DNA of 64,000 nt from Epiperipatus broadwayi (taxonomy: Eukaryota; Animalia; Onychophora), in contig JAQFVV010000010.1 of the NCBI GenBank assembly GCA_028023455.1, positions 14,136,001-14,200,000 of the forward strand, in the 5' to 3' direction. The notes under the pieces were generated by a model. That model made no database searches, was not told the DNA's origin, and saw nothing but the letters and a program-made list of their open reading frames with translations. Positions 27,576 to 40,392 of this stretch are shown one piece after another (the first letter of the stretch is position 1; the number at the start of each line of letters is the position of its first letter). Both the position numbers and the translations under genes were made by a program.

Positions 27576-30062
27576 TCACATAGGGGAGATTATTGACATA
27601 AAATTCTGATTTTCACTAAGTGGTTCGTCAGGGTCATGTGACACCATTACCAGTTGAGTTGGAACAGGTATTTTGGAGCTTAAGTAGGGGTTGGAATTGT
27701 GTTTATCTTCATTGTGATCATTTTCAAAAGCTGTGCTTTGGGAAGAGCTGCTTTCTTGGGTGCTGAGTGATTGAGCTAGTTTAGTTCTTTTTTCTCTCTT
27801 TTTTCTCAAGTTAGTAGCATGGCTTGCTGCTTGTTTGTTGTTTTTGTCATCATTGTCCGAGTCAGCCGTAGATGAGTTAATGTCTTCTGGCTGCGAGTTG
27901 GATGAGTCTTGGGTTTTTCTTTTGTTGTTTGGAATGGGATGTTCTTGTTGAGACTTCGTGACTGGAAGAGTTTGTTTTGTTGATAATGGTTCACAGCTGG
28001 GAGCTTTTGTTGGATGATCTTCCTTTGAGTGAGTTTTGAATGCTTCTTGCATCTTCTGGGGTGTCATGTTGGTAGCTGATGTTTGTTGTTTTGGGTTCAT
28101 ATGGGTGCTAGTGTGGTTTTGTGTCTTGTGTTGTAGAATAGGAGGCTGGAGTTGTTTGACCGGTGTGTAATCATTAGATGAGTTGGTTGAAGTGTGATGG
28201 TCCATTTCTAGATTTTTTTTCCAACAGTAAGTCAGTGTTGGAGTCTTGTATCTGCCCTTTTATGTGGTCCTCTGTGTTAGTGGGTGAAGAATATGATAGC
28301 TGAATTAAGTTTTGCGTATTTTTTATGCATCTATGATTTTTGCTTTTCCTACTGTTGCAGACATCACAAATTCTGTTTGGGCATGACCTTACAAGATGTG
28401 ATCGGTCTCCACAGTGGAAACTCTGAGGTTGTACACCTCGAATTGCTATGTAAATTTGACATTTTTTTTCTTCCAGAGTTATAGGAATATCCGATGGAGT
28501 GACGCCTTGATTGAGCTTGAGAGAGAAGGCAGCGCTGTTGGATGGAAGCTCAATATCTACTCTTCTCTCTGTGAGGTACTTGAAACTAGTTAACACACCA
28601 TATCTAGCAAGCAGCCTCTGTAGATCAGCATCAGTGAAATTAAAGTAGCAGTTACGTGCTATTCCATAGGCTGTTCTTGGTTTATTCATATCTATTTTGA
28701 TGAGATATCGGTCTTTTAAGAACAGTTGTTGTCTTTTAAAGAGTTCTTTCTGTAGTAGATTCTGAAACTCAATAATGAAGTAGCGTCTGTTAGGGTGGTG
28801 ATAGACTCTGCAAATAGATTCTGTTAATTGAAGACTTTTAAGAAGCAGAAAGAGGTCATCCGTTGGAAAAGTGAATAACTGACAGAGGTCGTTAGTGGTG
28901 GTTATAATCAATGTGTTATCGCTGTGGTAGTTGAGGAAGGAATTAAATAACACTGAAGGAATTCTAGAATTAAATTCTTGGCTTATGGCTTCATAATTGT
29001 TCATATAGGACTGGGAAAGTTGGTATGGTTCTGTGTTGATCTCATCATTGATTGAGATAAGGTTGTCATCATCAATGAAGTCCATGAATTGTGTTGAATG
29101 TCTGGTTCAGTTGTTTCTTGGATATGGGCTTTAGATTTATTGTTTCCCAATACCGTAGCATAGCTTCGGTTTTTTGTTAGGTTGGAATTGACATTTGTAT
29201 TTGATGTTGAAGGTTGAAAACCTATAGTATGATTACCTGCTAGATTGTGGTCAGAGATCGTGTTATTGGTTTGAAAATTGGCGTTAATGCATGGAAAATC
29301 TGTTTCAATAAAGTTTATTTCAGTCGGTGACACTAGCGGTTTTCCTAAATTTATTATTGGATCGATATACGAATTGTGTATTTTGCTATTGGATTTCGAA
29401 TCAAATTTTCCACTTGAATTTTGTTTTACTTGTATAAAACCATTAGATTGCGGCTGAGTATTTTTACTTATTTCTCCTTTATGAGCTTTTAATTTTGTTT
29501 GTAAAGTGAATTTTGGTTCATCTAAAGGATCGTTACAGAGATCTATAGCGTTACCGGTGATACGCCACCTTCATTTAAAAACTTTTCAAAACTTGTCTTG
29601 CTGAAATCTCCAAAAGGATTTTCTGCTAGATTTGGGCTATTTTTGGACATATGACGTTGTTTTGGGTGTTTAGTATGTGGGTTTTCAGGTGCATTGATAG
29701 GTTTAGATAGGTCTTGTGAGATATTAGTGGGAAATTCTGATTTTTTAAGGTTTACGGTCGAATTTACCGTAACAACTTTTTGCATTTTAGAAGTCGCGGT
29801 CGTGTTATTTTTGTTTGGATTCACAAGAGTTTCTTTTGATTGCTGAATGCTTTTACTTTTTTTTTTTATTAAGAAAGCCAAGGCCTTCCTGCTTTGTATC
29901 AACCGATTTAGAGTAATTTTGATAGCTTATATTATTATTTTTTTCATTAGGGCTTATGTTAGGCATGGAAATAGATTGCTTTACGTTACTATCGCTGTGC
30001 GATCTTGTTAGCCGGGTTGACCTGATGTTTTCCCTTTCTAGGAGATTATAGCTATGACTCAT
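27576..30062 (-). pseudogene. L1/Tx1 ORF1 (~830 codons; central RRM-like region and zinc knuckles, low-complexity flanks), about 4 frameshifts
   Basis: Overlapping track ORFs 29853-30086, 29543-29902, 29001-29333, 28174-29085 and 27576-28205 join by single frameshifts; knuckle (S)FHCGDRSHLVRSC followed by CDVC..H.C; probable ATG at 30062. Confidence 0.8.
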
Positions 30063-31021
30063 TTTTGTAAATAATATATAACACAAAAATAAAGCTTACC
30101 TGCTCTGATGAGCAGCTTGGATTGAAAGACTTTTGATTTAATATTTTTAATAAACTTTTTAAAATGAGTAGATGTGAAGAAATGAAAGCAGATTGGCGCC
30201 ATCTCAAAAATGATGATAGTTAAGAATGGTTTGTCCACATAAAAGCAACAAGAAAATGCAAGCACAAAAATTCAGAAAATGTTTTTGTATTCCACACATA
30301 CATTGTAACATATGGTGTATTGAATTACTACAATTCATATATGGCTCAACTATATTCATCAAACTCCAAGTTACTTGTAATAGCCCTGATAGGGTATTCT
30401 TTTTAAAAACTTATTCTTTAGGAGAAAGATTGATAATTGAACTTAAGCTAAACTTTGATTATTAAAATCATTTTTTGTTATTTTAATAAAATCATTTTTC
30501 ATTGTTTTAATAAAATCATTTAGGAGGAGAAAAAATATTTAAGAAATCATACTAATTTTTCTTTTATCTTGGATGTTTAAAAGTTACCATGAGGAAATTC
30601 TAAAACTAAATCTAAGTATTAAATAAAATAAGTACCTAAAAATAGGTAAATGAAATTTATAAATTGTCTGATATACTGATTTGTGGTAGATAAATTGTTT
30701 CTCTATACAGGTAGAATTACTTTTGTCGGAAATTGTCAACAGGAAAAATACAAAATAACTACCATATAATTTATACTACCATTTATTTAAAGCATTAATG
30801 GCAATAATATTGTTTATTTATACATTCATTATTTTATAATTCAATACATCCATATGTGGTTGACGATCTTAACTAGGGCTTATATTATAAGCATCCTGAA
30901 AAATCACAAATACAAGATATCATAGATGTCATTATTTTCTTCATAACTCTTTTATACCTTTTAATGCACAGCAAGTTTAGATAATTTTTTTAGTAAAGAA
31001 ATTATTAATATATGTATATAT

Positions 31022-31443
31022 AGAAATATTACCAAATTCACCACTTCCTTTATTTTGCTGTAATATCTTATAATTATAAATTTATTTAACGCACATTGAT
31101 TACGTAAGTAATATTTACTAAGGCAACAAACCTCAAATCATGTGCGCTTGAAAATGCGAAGGTAGGGACCTCTACTGGTCTTAACCACAAGATTATGCTT
31201 TTCTTCCAAAGCTTAAGCTTGTGGTTAAGGCCTGTAGAGGTCCCTACCTTCGCATTTTCAATCGCACATGATTTGAGGTTTGTTGTAATATCTTATATAA
31301 ATGCAATTTATCCACTAGTTTAAACATTTTTTTAGCAAAAACTATACGCATACACACAGGCGAAACATGAGATTGTGTATGCATATTGGTATAATAAAAG
31401 GTTTTTGCTAAAAAGTTTTCAAAGTAATGGATAAATTGCATTT
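31022..31443 (-). mobile_element. Fold-back palindrome with left tail, interrupted by the family D insertion
   Basis: Perfect 21-bp outer arms TATATAAATGCAATTTATCCA (31294) / TGGATAAATTGCATTTATATA (to 31448) plus inner paired blocks; candidate 14-bp TSD ATATATGTATATAT (31008-31021, 31444-31457), which is low complexity. Confidence 0.6.
31073..31283 (-). mobile_element. Fold-back palindrome with one-sided tail (mini PLE-like, family D)
   Basis: 68-bp near-perfect arms 31124-31191 and 31218-31285; about 50-nt extension on the left; 14-bp TSD TGTAATATCTTATA (31059-31072, 31284-31297). Confidence 0.9.
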
Positions 31444-31571
31444 ATATATGTATATATCACAATTCTAATATGTGTGCACTTTTTCTCTCTATACACATAA
31501 CTGTATATATTTACATATATATATAGAAAGTCATGACCATTATCAGTGCTAATGTAACTTTTCTTTTTTAG

Positions 31572-31806
31572 ACTTTTACAGCATGGTGCAATTCCCATCT
31601 TCGGAAAGCTGGCACTGGCATCGAAAACATAGAAGAAGATTTTCGCAATGGTTTGAAATTGATGCTGTTACTTGAGGTTATCTCAGGAGAGCAGCTTCCC
31701 AAACCAGATCGAGGAAAAATGAGATTTCATAAAATTGCCAATGTCAACAAAGCCCTCGATTTTATTCAAAGCAAAGGAGTCAAATTAGTGTCAATTGGAG
31801 CTGAAG
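31572..31806 (+). CDS. Actn: Alpha-actinin, internal coding exon (CH1 domain), 235 nt, phase 0 to phase 1
   Basis: Acceptor TTTTTTAG and donor GTAAAG; translates [78 protein letters not shown], diagnostic for alpha-actinin. Confidence 0.98.
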
Positions 31807-32312
31807 GTAAAGTTTGTGTGTTGGCGTGTATATTTTTCATTAAATGCTATTTGTGAAATTATATGTATATATGTAGTTTTTCAATATTTAAATTAATCTT
31901 ATTCATTTGGTAATGGTTATTTTTTATTTGTCTTTGGAATTAGGATGTACCTTTTGGGGGGGGGGGAGGGTTTGAAACTTTTTGTGCATTCTGAAAATTA
32001 TTATTATTTTTACATTATGTCTTACTGTAGTATGTTTCTTAATTAGAAAATTTTCTAAAAATTATTTTTAAAATTTCAATTACTAATAATAATATGTAAG
32101 AAATTAAAAGAAATGATAATACTTACATTAGTGTGAGAATAATTTGAAATTTAAAACATTTATGTTAAAAAGCAATGAGCTGTGCTAATTGCTCAACAAG
32201 ATTTATTGATAAATGCCAGCAGGAGAAAGCATTTTAAAAATCTCTATCTAGAAATCACACTCTAACCTCAGACCAATGCTTTGGCACTCCTCAATGAGGC
32301 GCTAGGTCCTAA

Positions 32313-32354
32313 CCTCAGACCAATGGTTTCATGCTTTGACACTCTTCAGTGAGG
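32313..32354 (-). ncRNA. Well-formed minimal type I hammerhead ribozyme motif
   Basis: Minus strand reads CCUCA-CUGAAGA-GUGU-CAAA-GCAU-GAAAC-CAUUG-GUC|UGAGG: perfect 5-bp stem I, 4-bp stem II, quasi-palindromic stem III, GUC triplet. Confidence 0.88.
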
Positions 32355-32382
32355 CGCTAGGATATTTTCAGACACTAGAGCA

Positions 32383-32423
32383 CCTCACTGAGAAGTGCCA
32401 AAGCACGAAACCATTGGTCTGCG
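32383..32423 (+). ncRNA. Hammerhead motif with core substitution (CUGAGAA)
   Basis: CCUCA-CUGAGAA-GUGC-CAAA-GCAC-GAAAC-CAUUG-GUC|UGCG; G8 replaced by A, so probably inactive. Confidence 0.7.
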
Positions 32424-33134
32424 ATTAAGGTGTGGTTTCTAGATAGAGATTTTTAAAATGCTTTCTCTTGCTGGCATTTATCAATAAAGTTTGTAGAGCA
32501 ATTAGCACAGCTCATTGGTTTTTTTTCTTAAAAAGATTAGGTCATGTGATAGATGACTAATTTTACTGACTATTTATTTATGTTAAAAGTTCTCTTTTCT
32601 CCATATTAAGTAATAATTGTATCAGATCAATAAATAGTAAATTCTATCCCAAAAGTCTTCAGGTAAAATTAGTTTTTTTTTTTTTTAAAAAAAGAAGAGA
32701 TATTGGGCTTTTTGGTCTACATTCGTTAATTGGGGTGTGTGTGTTGATTTTGTTAATTTCAAATGAAAATATGCTTATATGCTTGAAAAAGAATATTTTT
32801 AATAGATGGTTTTGTTATTGTTTACTTGAAAGTATCTGAAATTTGGATACTTAATATAAAGATAATTCAGAAGCCACATAGTGAAATATGAAGAGATGTA
32901 TATAGATTAGCAAAAGAAGATCAAAAGTAAAATACGTGAGTGAGTCACTTGGTTAAAAATTCAATATTCAAAAATCTAAGGGTCCAGGTTCAATTCCCAT
33001 GCTAGTACTGTCACTGGTCAGGCTGCAACACCTGAAAAAGAGGGAGAATAATACCTCTTGAAATGTTGTGCATATACTAACCTGTGCGCTATTAGTAACA
33101 GTTGAATATATTTGGAATATTTAAATAAAGTTAA

Positions 33135-33361
33135 ATTTTTCTAAAGACATGAGCGAATAAATAAGTATCGCTGACATTGTTGAAAAAATTGAGAAGTTGA
33201 AATGTAGCTGGACTGGACATGCTAATAGAAGACAAACTGGTTTCCAAAATATTAAAAGAGACCTAGAAGAAGGCTATGCTAAATGGATGAATATAAAAAA
33301 GGATGTTCACTACTGTGTTATGGAGAAGTTTCAGATTGATTTCGATGATGATGATGATGAT
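33135..33361 (+). mobile_element. RTE LINE 3' fragment with (GAT)n tail
   Basis: GCTGACATTGTTGAAAAAATTGAGAAGTTGAAATGTAGCTGGACTGGACAT matches 56010-56065; ends GATGATGATGATGAT. Confidence 0.75.
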
Positions 33362-35860
33362 AGTTGTAGTAGCTTTTTTTGCACATTAATTGTGTACTGA
33401 AAAGATTTGAAAATATAATTTCAAGTGTTTACTTTTTATTCCAGTGTTAAATTGTTTAATACATTTAGAAACATTATCTAATTTAAAATAATTTAATTAG
33501 GGTATTTTTCTAGTCAGAAGTAATGATTTTTGTAAGTTGGGAATTATTAATAGTAGTAATTATAAAAAAAATCTGAAAATATCAAATTTAATTTGTTCAT
33601 CTTGAATGCACATTTTTTTTCCCAATGAATATTTAAAAGCAATTAGTGAATATTATTAACAACAACAAAAAAAGTCTTCCCTTTGAAATCTATTTTCATT
33701 TCATTATTTTGCCGGTTATTTAATTATTAATATTAATCTTTCTCTATTCTTTAAACAGTACTGTACTGTTAATTTAAATAGTATTTATTTGATGTTGTTT
33801 TTAACATCCTGTGTATCAGAGTTAAAGAGAGATACATTAAAAAAAATAATTTATTCAGTTTATAGTCCTGTTTTAAATAGCGTATCAATACAGGTTCAAT
33901 TGAACACATCATTTAAATAGCAAGCCCCCTCCCCCTCCAAAAGAGAAACATGAAGGAGCAGATATTGCCTACCAAATTTGTCAACTTTTAGGTGGTAAGG
34001 GGTTTCAATGGTTTTCTATCCTTGTTTGCCCTCTAGTCAAGAATAGTTTGACTTTTATTTAGTAAGTTATATTAAATGATTAACTGGGTCAGATATGGAA
34101 CTCATGCCTGAAAGAAAAAAAGTTTAAACCTGTTTTGATTCTAAAAAACTTTTCAAATTTTATCTGTCCTGGATTTGAACCCAAGGATACCTTCTCTAGA
34201 AAGTGATTTATAGGAATAGGTATCTAAATAAAAAGTTATTATTGAATGGTATCTTATGTCCACAATCGGGGTTTTTTATCCTTTACTTTCAACTGCCAAC
34301 TGCTGCCTTGGCTGGCAACTTGACAGCCCCCCTGGGCATAAAGGCCAAAATTTAATTTTGTTCGGCATGATTATAATTTAAAAAATTTCATGCACACACA
34401 CGCATTCTGCTTTCAAGAAAACTCAACTGATATTTTAATTAGGAAGGAATGAAGGGAGATATATTAATGGGATCTCAATTTTTTCCCTAGTTATGACAGA
34501 AACATTGGCACTTCAAATGTTAAGAAAAAATTCAATAGATGGTATAAGTTAAATCAATGGTATTTAAAATTATTACAAATTCAGGTGATTTTGTTGAGTT
34601 TTGGATTTGGGGTAATTTTAATTATATATATATTGAAATGATTGTTTCCTGACAGTATTGGATAATTAAAGCATTTTGAGACAGAATATGTATGTTTAAT
34701 TAAAAAGATTTTTAAAAAAATGAAAAGAAATAAGAAATTAATAAAGAGAACAGGAATCAAAATATTTATGAATGGGGCATATTGATGATGATAACAATAG
34801 AATTAATGGTTTAAGGAACAGCTGATAGCCCAGAATTTGAATGCAGTTTTATTCAATAGCATCTTTAATGTTTAAATAAAACTATAAGGTTAAAACAGTT
34901 TAAAAACTTGTAATAATTTAAAGAGACAATTTTCTGAAATACATGTAAGCAAATACACATTTGCATATGGAAAAGATATGTGATAATTGAATGTATGTAT
35001 TGATGTATGAAATTATATTAGTAATACTTAAATTAAATATTTTAAATAAATACTCATCTAAAAATACAATTATAAATTGAAATATAAAAAGAATGTAAAG
35101 TAAGAATTTTGTTAAATTTTATAGACTACTTACAAAATTAATCCTAGACATAGCAAAATATATTTAAAGCATTAGATTTACCAGGATTGATTTTCTAGAA
35201 TGCTATGAGCCCAGCTTTAGGTTAATTACAAAGCTGAGCTATCCCTGAACCATCTGATAACATATCAAAAGTCTTCATCCAAAGAAAAAAATTATGAAAT
35301 GAATTTTTGTATTGAAATTAGTTTTTGTTCTTATTAGTTTTATGCTAAGCAAAGAAATTTTAAGTAAGACCAGATAAGAAAGTATGCAAGCTTACTTTCA
35401 TAAGTGATAGTTTCATATTTGAAAAGGTATTATTGCTGATACAAAAAAGTGATGATGATGAATTTTCAGCAGTTTGAAATTAAAAAAACTTTTATATTAC
35501 CATTGAAATTATTCTACAGCTCATTATGGTTAACCTAAAGAATGGAGTAAAAATTAAACAGTTTTGCTAATTTTAAATTTAATATGTATAATCTTACTGC
35601 AAGTGAGATATAGTTTGAACTGTTAAATTTCTTATTTTCCATTTATTAAGATTCTCCACATAAGACAAATGTGCATTTTGAATAAAGAGCAAATTCATAG
35701 AAGCTATCGGCAAAATAAACTCACAAGTGATTTATGTATAATCCAATTTTACAAAAACTATTTCGGCTATTACAATATTAAGATTGGCATATATATGAAC
35801 GTTTATGATTTTAATTATATTTTATCATGTAAATGTTCTATTTCCCCCCAGTAAATTTTA

Positions 35861-36356
35861 ATCATCATCATCATCATCAACAGCCACTGTCAATCCACTG
35901 CAGGATGGTCTCTCCAAGTTCAATACATCTCCGATCTTTAGCTTCCCTTCTCCACATCACCCCTGCACATTTTCTTATTTCATCCATCCATCTTACATGT
36001 GGTCTCTTTCTGGGTCTTTTACAATCTCTTGGAATCCAGTTTAAGATTTCAATTGTCCATCTATTATCATCTCTTCTAGCAATATGTACAGCCCAACTCC
36101 ACTTCAGTCTTTTAATTTTTTCAATGGGGTCAGTAACACCCGTTTGTTCTCTTACCCATATATTACATTTCGATTTCTTCTTGTATTGCTCTTCTATTAA
36201 GTGTCCAAGTCTCAGATCCATAAGTAAGAACTGGTAAAACACATTTATTAAAAACTTCCTTTTCAAACATATAGGCATATTTTCTTTTGGTATCAAGTTA
36301 TTTCTACCAAAAGCACTCCAACTAAGTTTAATTCTATGATTAATTTCATCCATTAT
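35861..36356 (-). mobile_element. 5'-truncated RTE LINE copy
   Basis: ORF 35877-36353 matches the RTE C-terminus (LKWSWAVHIARRDDNRW); (CAT)n tail; 10-bp TSD GTAAATTTTA (35851-35860, 36357-36366); internal deletion relative to the full-length copy. Confidence 0.92.
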
Positions 36357-39300
36357 GTAAATTTTAGTATTGATTAGTATATTTAAATTCTTAGTGAAAT
36401 ATAATTTGAAGAAAAAATATTTTTTTTTTTTGTAAAATTCAAAAGTAAAAAATTAAGTATTAAAATTTCTGATTTTTGATTTATGTCAGTAATCCAAATT
36501 TATTGATTTATTTGTTTTTAACATATAAGTTATATATATATATAAAGGATAATGATTAAAAGACTGGATTTAGAATTTCCAGAAATTTGTATGTAGCCTA
36601 TAAAAGTATTTATTATATCAAGGTCAAATTATTGATATGTTGTTTATGTGAAAATATATATATTGAAAATTATAATTAATGGTTGATTTATGATGAAAAT
36701 ATTTCAAAAGGAGCAGAAAATAAAATACTTTATTGTACATATCAGTTTTGATCGTAAGTGTATTTATAGAGTTAAATAAAATATTTTGTTTTGATAGATT
36801 GATATTAAACCATAGAAAATAATTATTCTTATCTGTAAAAATTTTTGAGTGCTATAGATGTATGTAATTAACAGAATAACGCCAAATGGTATTTTTTTTT
36901 ATTAGCTAAAGAAGTTTAAGAATTATTTTAAATTTGAAAATAAATTGCCATTTTTTGTTGTTTAAAAAGATAACCATCACACCTTTTGGTAGCCATATTG
37001 GATGATTTTTGGAAACTGATTTAATACATATTTTTTTAAAATAATTTCACTTTGCATTATGTAAAAAATTATTTGGTGTATGCTATCAGAAAAGTAATGT
37101 ACCAAGGAATTAAATAAATTTGAAAAAATATAGACATATATTAAAAATTATTATTTTTATCTTCTTCATAAATATCAAATTTTAACATATAATTTTAAAA
37201 TTATATTTTTATTAGGTTCATCATATTCTTTACAAAATTTACAATAAAATGGTTAGACAATTCATTGTTCCCAAACATTAAAAAATAAAGACATTGATAT
37301 CTTTCATTTTCCTTAAAAATCCCTTAGCTATCTCATCCTTGTGGGTGTCTATAATTAACGAAGAAAAAATGGTAGACAAGAATAAGTCTAAAATAGTCTT
37401 TAGGTTATAAATGGTTCATATGTGAAGCTATTTATCTATTTAGATAAAAAAAAAAAAAGGTTTAGATAAAATTAGTAATAATAGTGCTATTTTTATTGTT
37501 TTTCTTAATTTTCTTAATGAAAAAGATTTTACTGTTAGATAGAATCCAGTTAAAATATAAAATTAAGTGATTACTATAAAATGATTGCTTATAAGTAATT
37601 TAAATGTTATTGCAACCATGCAGCAAAAGAATAAACATAAATAAAAAATGTTGACATATCATACCTATTAGATCTATTCATGACTCCTTGTGTGATCACA
37701 AAGTCAAAGTATCAACACAGGAAGATGTTGCGGGAACTGGCATATCAATCAACAGCTCTGAATAAAATTGAGGTGGAGTTTGATGAGGTACATTGTTTAT
37801 TTTAATTTCAGTTGATAGGTAATAAAGCAATCTCTCTGATTACTTGTGTCCAATCAGCCCCATAGTAAAAAAAAAACTTGCATGCCCCCCCCCCCTTCCC
37901 GGCAGATAATACAGTACTTTTTTCAAAAATTTTATGAAAATATTAAGAGCATAACTTGAATAACCAGATATCAGAAGTTGTATTTTTACCTATGAAAATT
38001 TCCATTATGACTTTTATGGCTATCTGCCACAAAGTCATCATTTGAAATCTCACTTTAAATGGTTTTGAATGATTATATTATTTCATGTTACAGTAATCAG
38101 TAAATTTCTTAATGGTTTTATCAACTATCATCTTTCTATGCATCTGATATACAGCTCTAAAGTTTGCATTACAGTGATCATGTATATATACATTTAACAG
38201 TGATCATATATATATATAGTTGATCTAAATTTTCTTGCAATTTTTACTTTTAATATTTGGCATTTTTTTATTATCGTTAAAATTTAGATAAAAATATATG
38301 AAAAGAATTATAATTTCTGAAAAAATAAAGATGACTGTTTCTGGTCAAAATCCAGATACCCTCTATCTATATATATAGGTGATCTTCAAGAAATACCTAT
38401 TAACATAAAAAAACGTGTGTTAATTCACAGCCTGGAACTTTTCATGTACTTGGTAATATCACAAATGATATTTTCCATCTATTTTCTATAAAATAATAAT
38501 TAAAAATAATAAATAAATATTTAAGAAAGATCGAAAGTCTTGATAATAACGTTCAGCAGTAAAAATTCATTCTGAGATATCAGGAAAAAAGACAGTACAG
38601 TAAAGACAAAATCGCTGCATTTATGGGCAAAGATGACTTAGTTTTTTTGTAGACACTAAGAAACCATTAGCAGAAAATTACAAGAAAACCTAGTCTCTCA
38701 GTCCCACATGGAGAAATTATTGTCAATGCTTGAATCAATTGAATAATCCATTATTCTCTGCTGTAAATTTTTCAGTAAATATTAAACCATATAATGGGAG
38801 AAAAATAAATAAATGTGCTGTTTGGAAAAATCATAAAATCTTATTTTATATAATAGAGAAATGAACATTGCATTGTCTAAAAGAAAAATGAAAGCTGAAT
38901 CAAATGATGCAAGGTACGCTTCTGTACTGTGCATATTTTTATTATTATGTGATCATAAATTGAAGCTGACATTTGCATATGTTGGGAGCTCAGTAGTTGT
39001 TAAATATTGTTTAATTTGCTTTTACCTTTAAAGTTAATAGCTGAGACCAAATCTTAAATAAATAAAAATAATTTCTTAATCACTTTTAAAGTATTAAAAA
39101 GGAAAAAATAAAAAAAAAAGTATTTAAACTTATAAACATGAATCCTGAAAAATACTTTGTTGCCAAATATTCACGACTAATTATTAAGAAATAATTTTTT
39201 TAAAAAAACCCACTATCATATTGTTAAAGAAATTTACAGTGGTTTTAACTGCAGAAGAAAAAAAAGCAAGATGATAAACATCTTTTGTTTTAAATAAATT

Positions 39301-40392
39301 TTATTATCTTCTTTTTTTAAAATTAATAAATGGGTTGGGAAGGAAAGATTAACTCTAGATTAGATTATTCATAACTTATCCTTATTATTTTTTTTCCTAT
39401 AGATTATATTTACACCATATCTTCATGTTTTGAAATATAATGTATATATGCACAGTATAATACAATATTAATATTTATACCATTGTGTTTTATATCCAAT
39501 ATAAACTACAATGCCATTGAATTATGATAACAGTTAAACTTTATTATTGCTATTCCTATAGGAATTTGACTCTAGTTATTCACTGATTTAGTCTTTATGT
39601 AATTTTTCTGGAAACAATGAAATACCCCATATATATATATATCTAGTTGCAATTTATTGGAGTGAATCATTCAAAGGTATTTAAAGATAATGAATCAGAC
39701 AAAAGGAATTATGTTCATAATGTTTAGGAAATTTAATGGAGCATTTAAAAAGCTTGAATGCATATATAGAATTAATTTTTCAAATAATTTAAAGCTTTAA
39801 ATTTTAATGTATATATATATTTTAAAATTAAATTCTTTACCTGAAGCTAGAGGATTTAGACAATAGAATATAAAAACAAAGATGTGATCATTATTTGGAA
39901 TGATTTGATGTTTTGCTACTCACTTAATACAATTAATTATAACTTATAAACTTTAATATATAAATAATATCTTACAAATAATTTCTATCATATGTGAATA
40001 TAGTTGATTAAATTTTAACCTATAGTAAAAAAATATTATATATCTTAGAGGTGATTTTTTTTATCAGTGGAATATTTTTTTTCAATTAAGTAAAATATTT
40101 CTGAATGAATATTAAAAGATCAGGCTATAATGAACATTAGTATAGTGTATATGATATGTAGGAAATTAACAAAAGGCAATCAAAGTGAATATGAATGGAA
40201 ATTTTTGGGAAAACTGAAAAATATTAATAAGAACCATATAAGAACTTAGCTACTTATGTTTACCAGCATGTCATTTGACTCTTATTAATAAGAATATTTC
40301 TCCCTCTCCTAGTGCCATCTATTGTAACTCAATTTTTTAATAGATAATGCTAGAATAAAGAAAGAAGAAATGCTCCTTATATGAGATTATTT

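Larger units (their letters stand above)
24136..30204 (-). mobile_element. Full-length (~6.07 kb) L1/Tx1-clade non-LTR retrotransposon, frameshifted
   Basis: TSD CAAAAATGATGATAG(TT) at 24119-24135 and 30205-30221; poly(A) tail and AATAAA at the 3' end; ORF1 with CCHC knuckles; ORF2 with APE endonuclease, RT and a C-terminal CxxC..HxxxxC motif. Confidence 0.93.
32171..32575 (+). mobile_element. Family B palindrome, tail on the right, three hammerhead units
   Basis: Inverted arms 32173-32260 and about 32425-32517; right extension AGGTCATGTGATAGATGACTAATTTTACTGACTATT; 13-bp TSD ATTTATGTTAAAA (32158-32170, 32576-32588). Confidence 0.9.

Noticed and set aside
30099-30130. CTGATGAG..GAAA hammerhead in the L1 5' UTR
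   Set aside because: No stem II can form between the cores, and it is antisense to the element.
31653-31856. Track ORF of 67 aa as a stand-alone gene
   Set aside because: It is the 3' part of the alpha-actinin exon reading through the donor site at 31807 into the intron.
32935-33030. Additional tRNA-like SINE (GGTTCAATTCC B-box)
   Set aside because: Only box-like words are visible; no cloverleaf, TSD or clear second copy.
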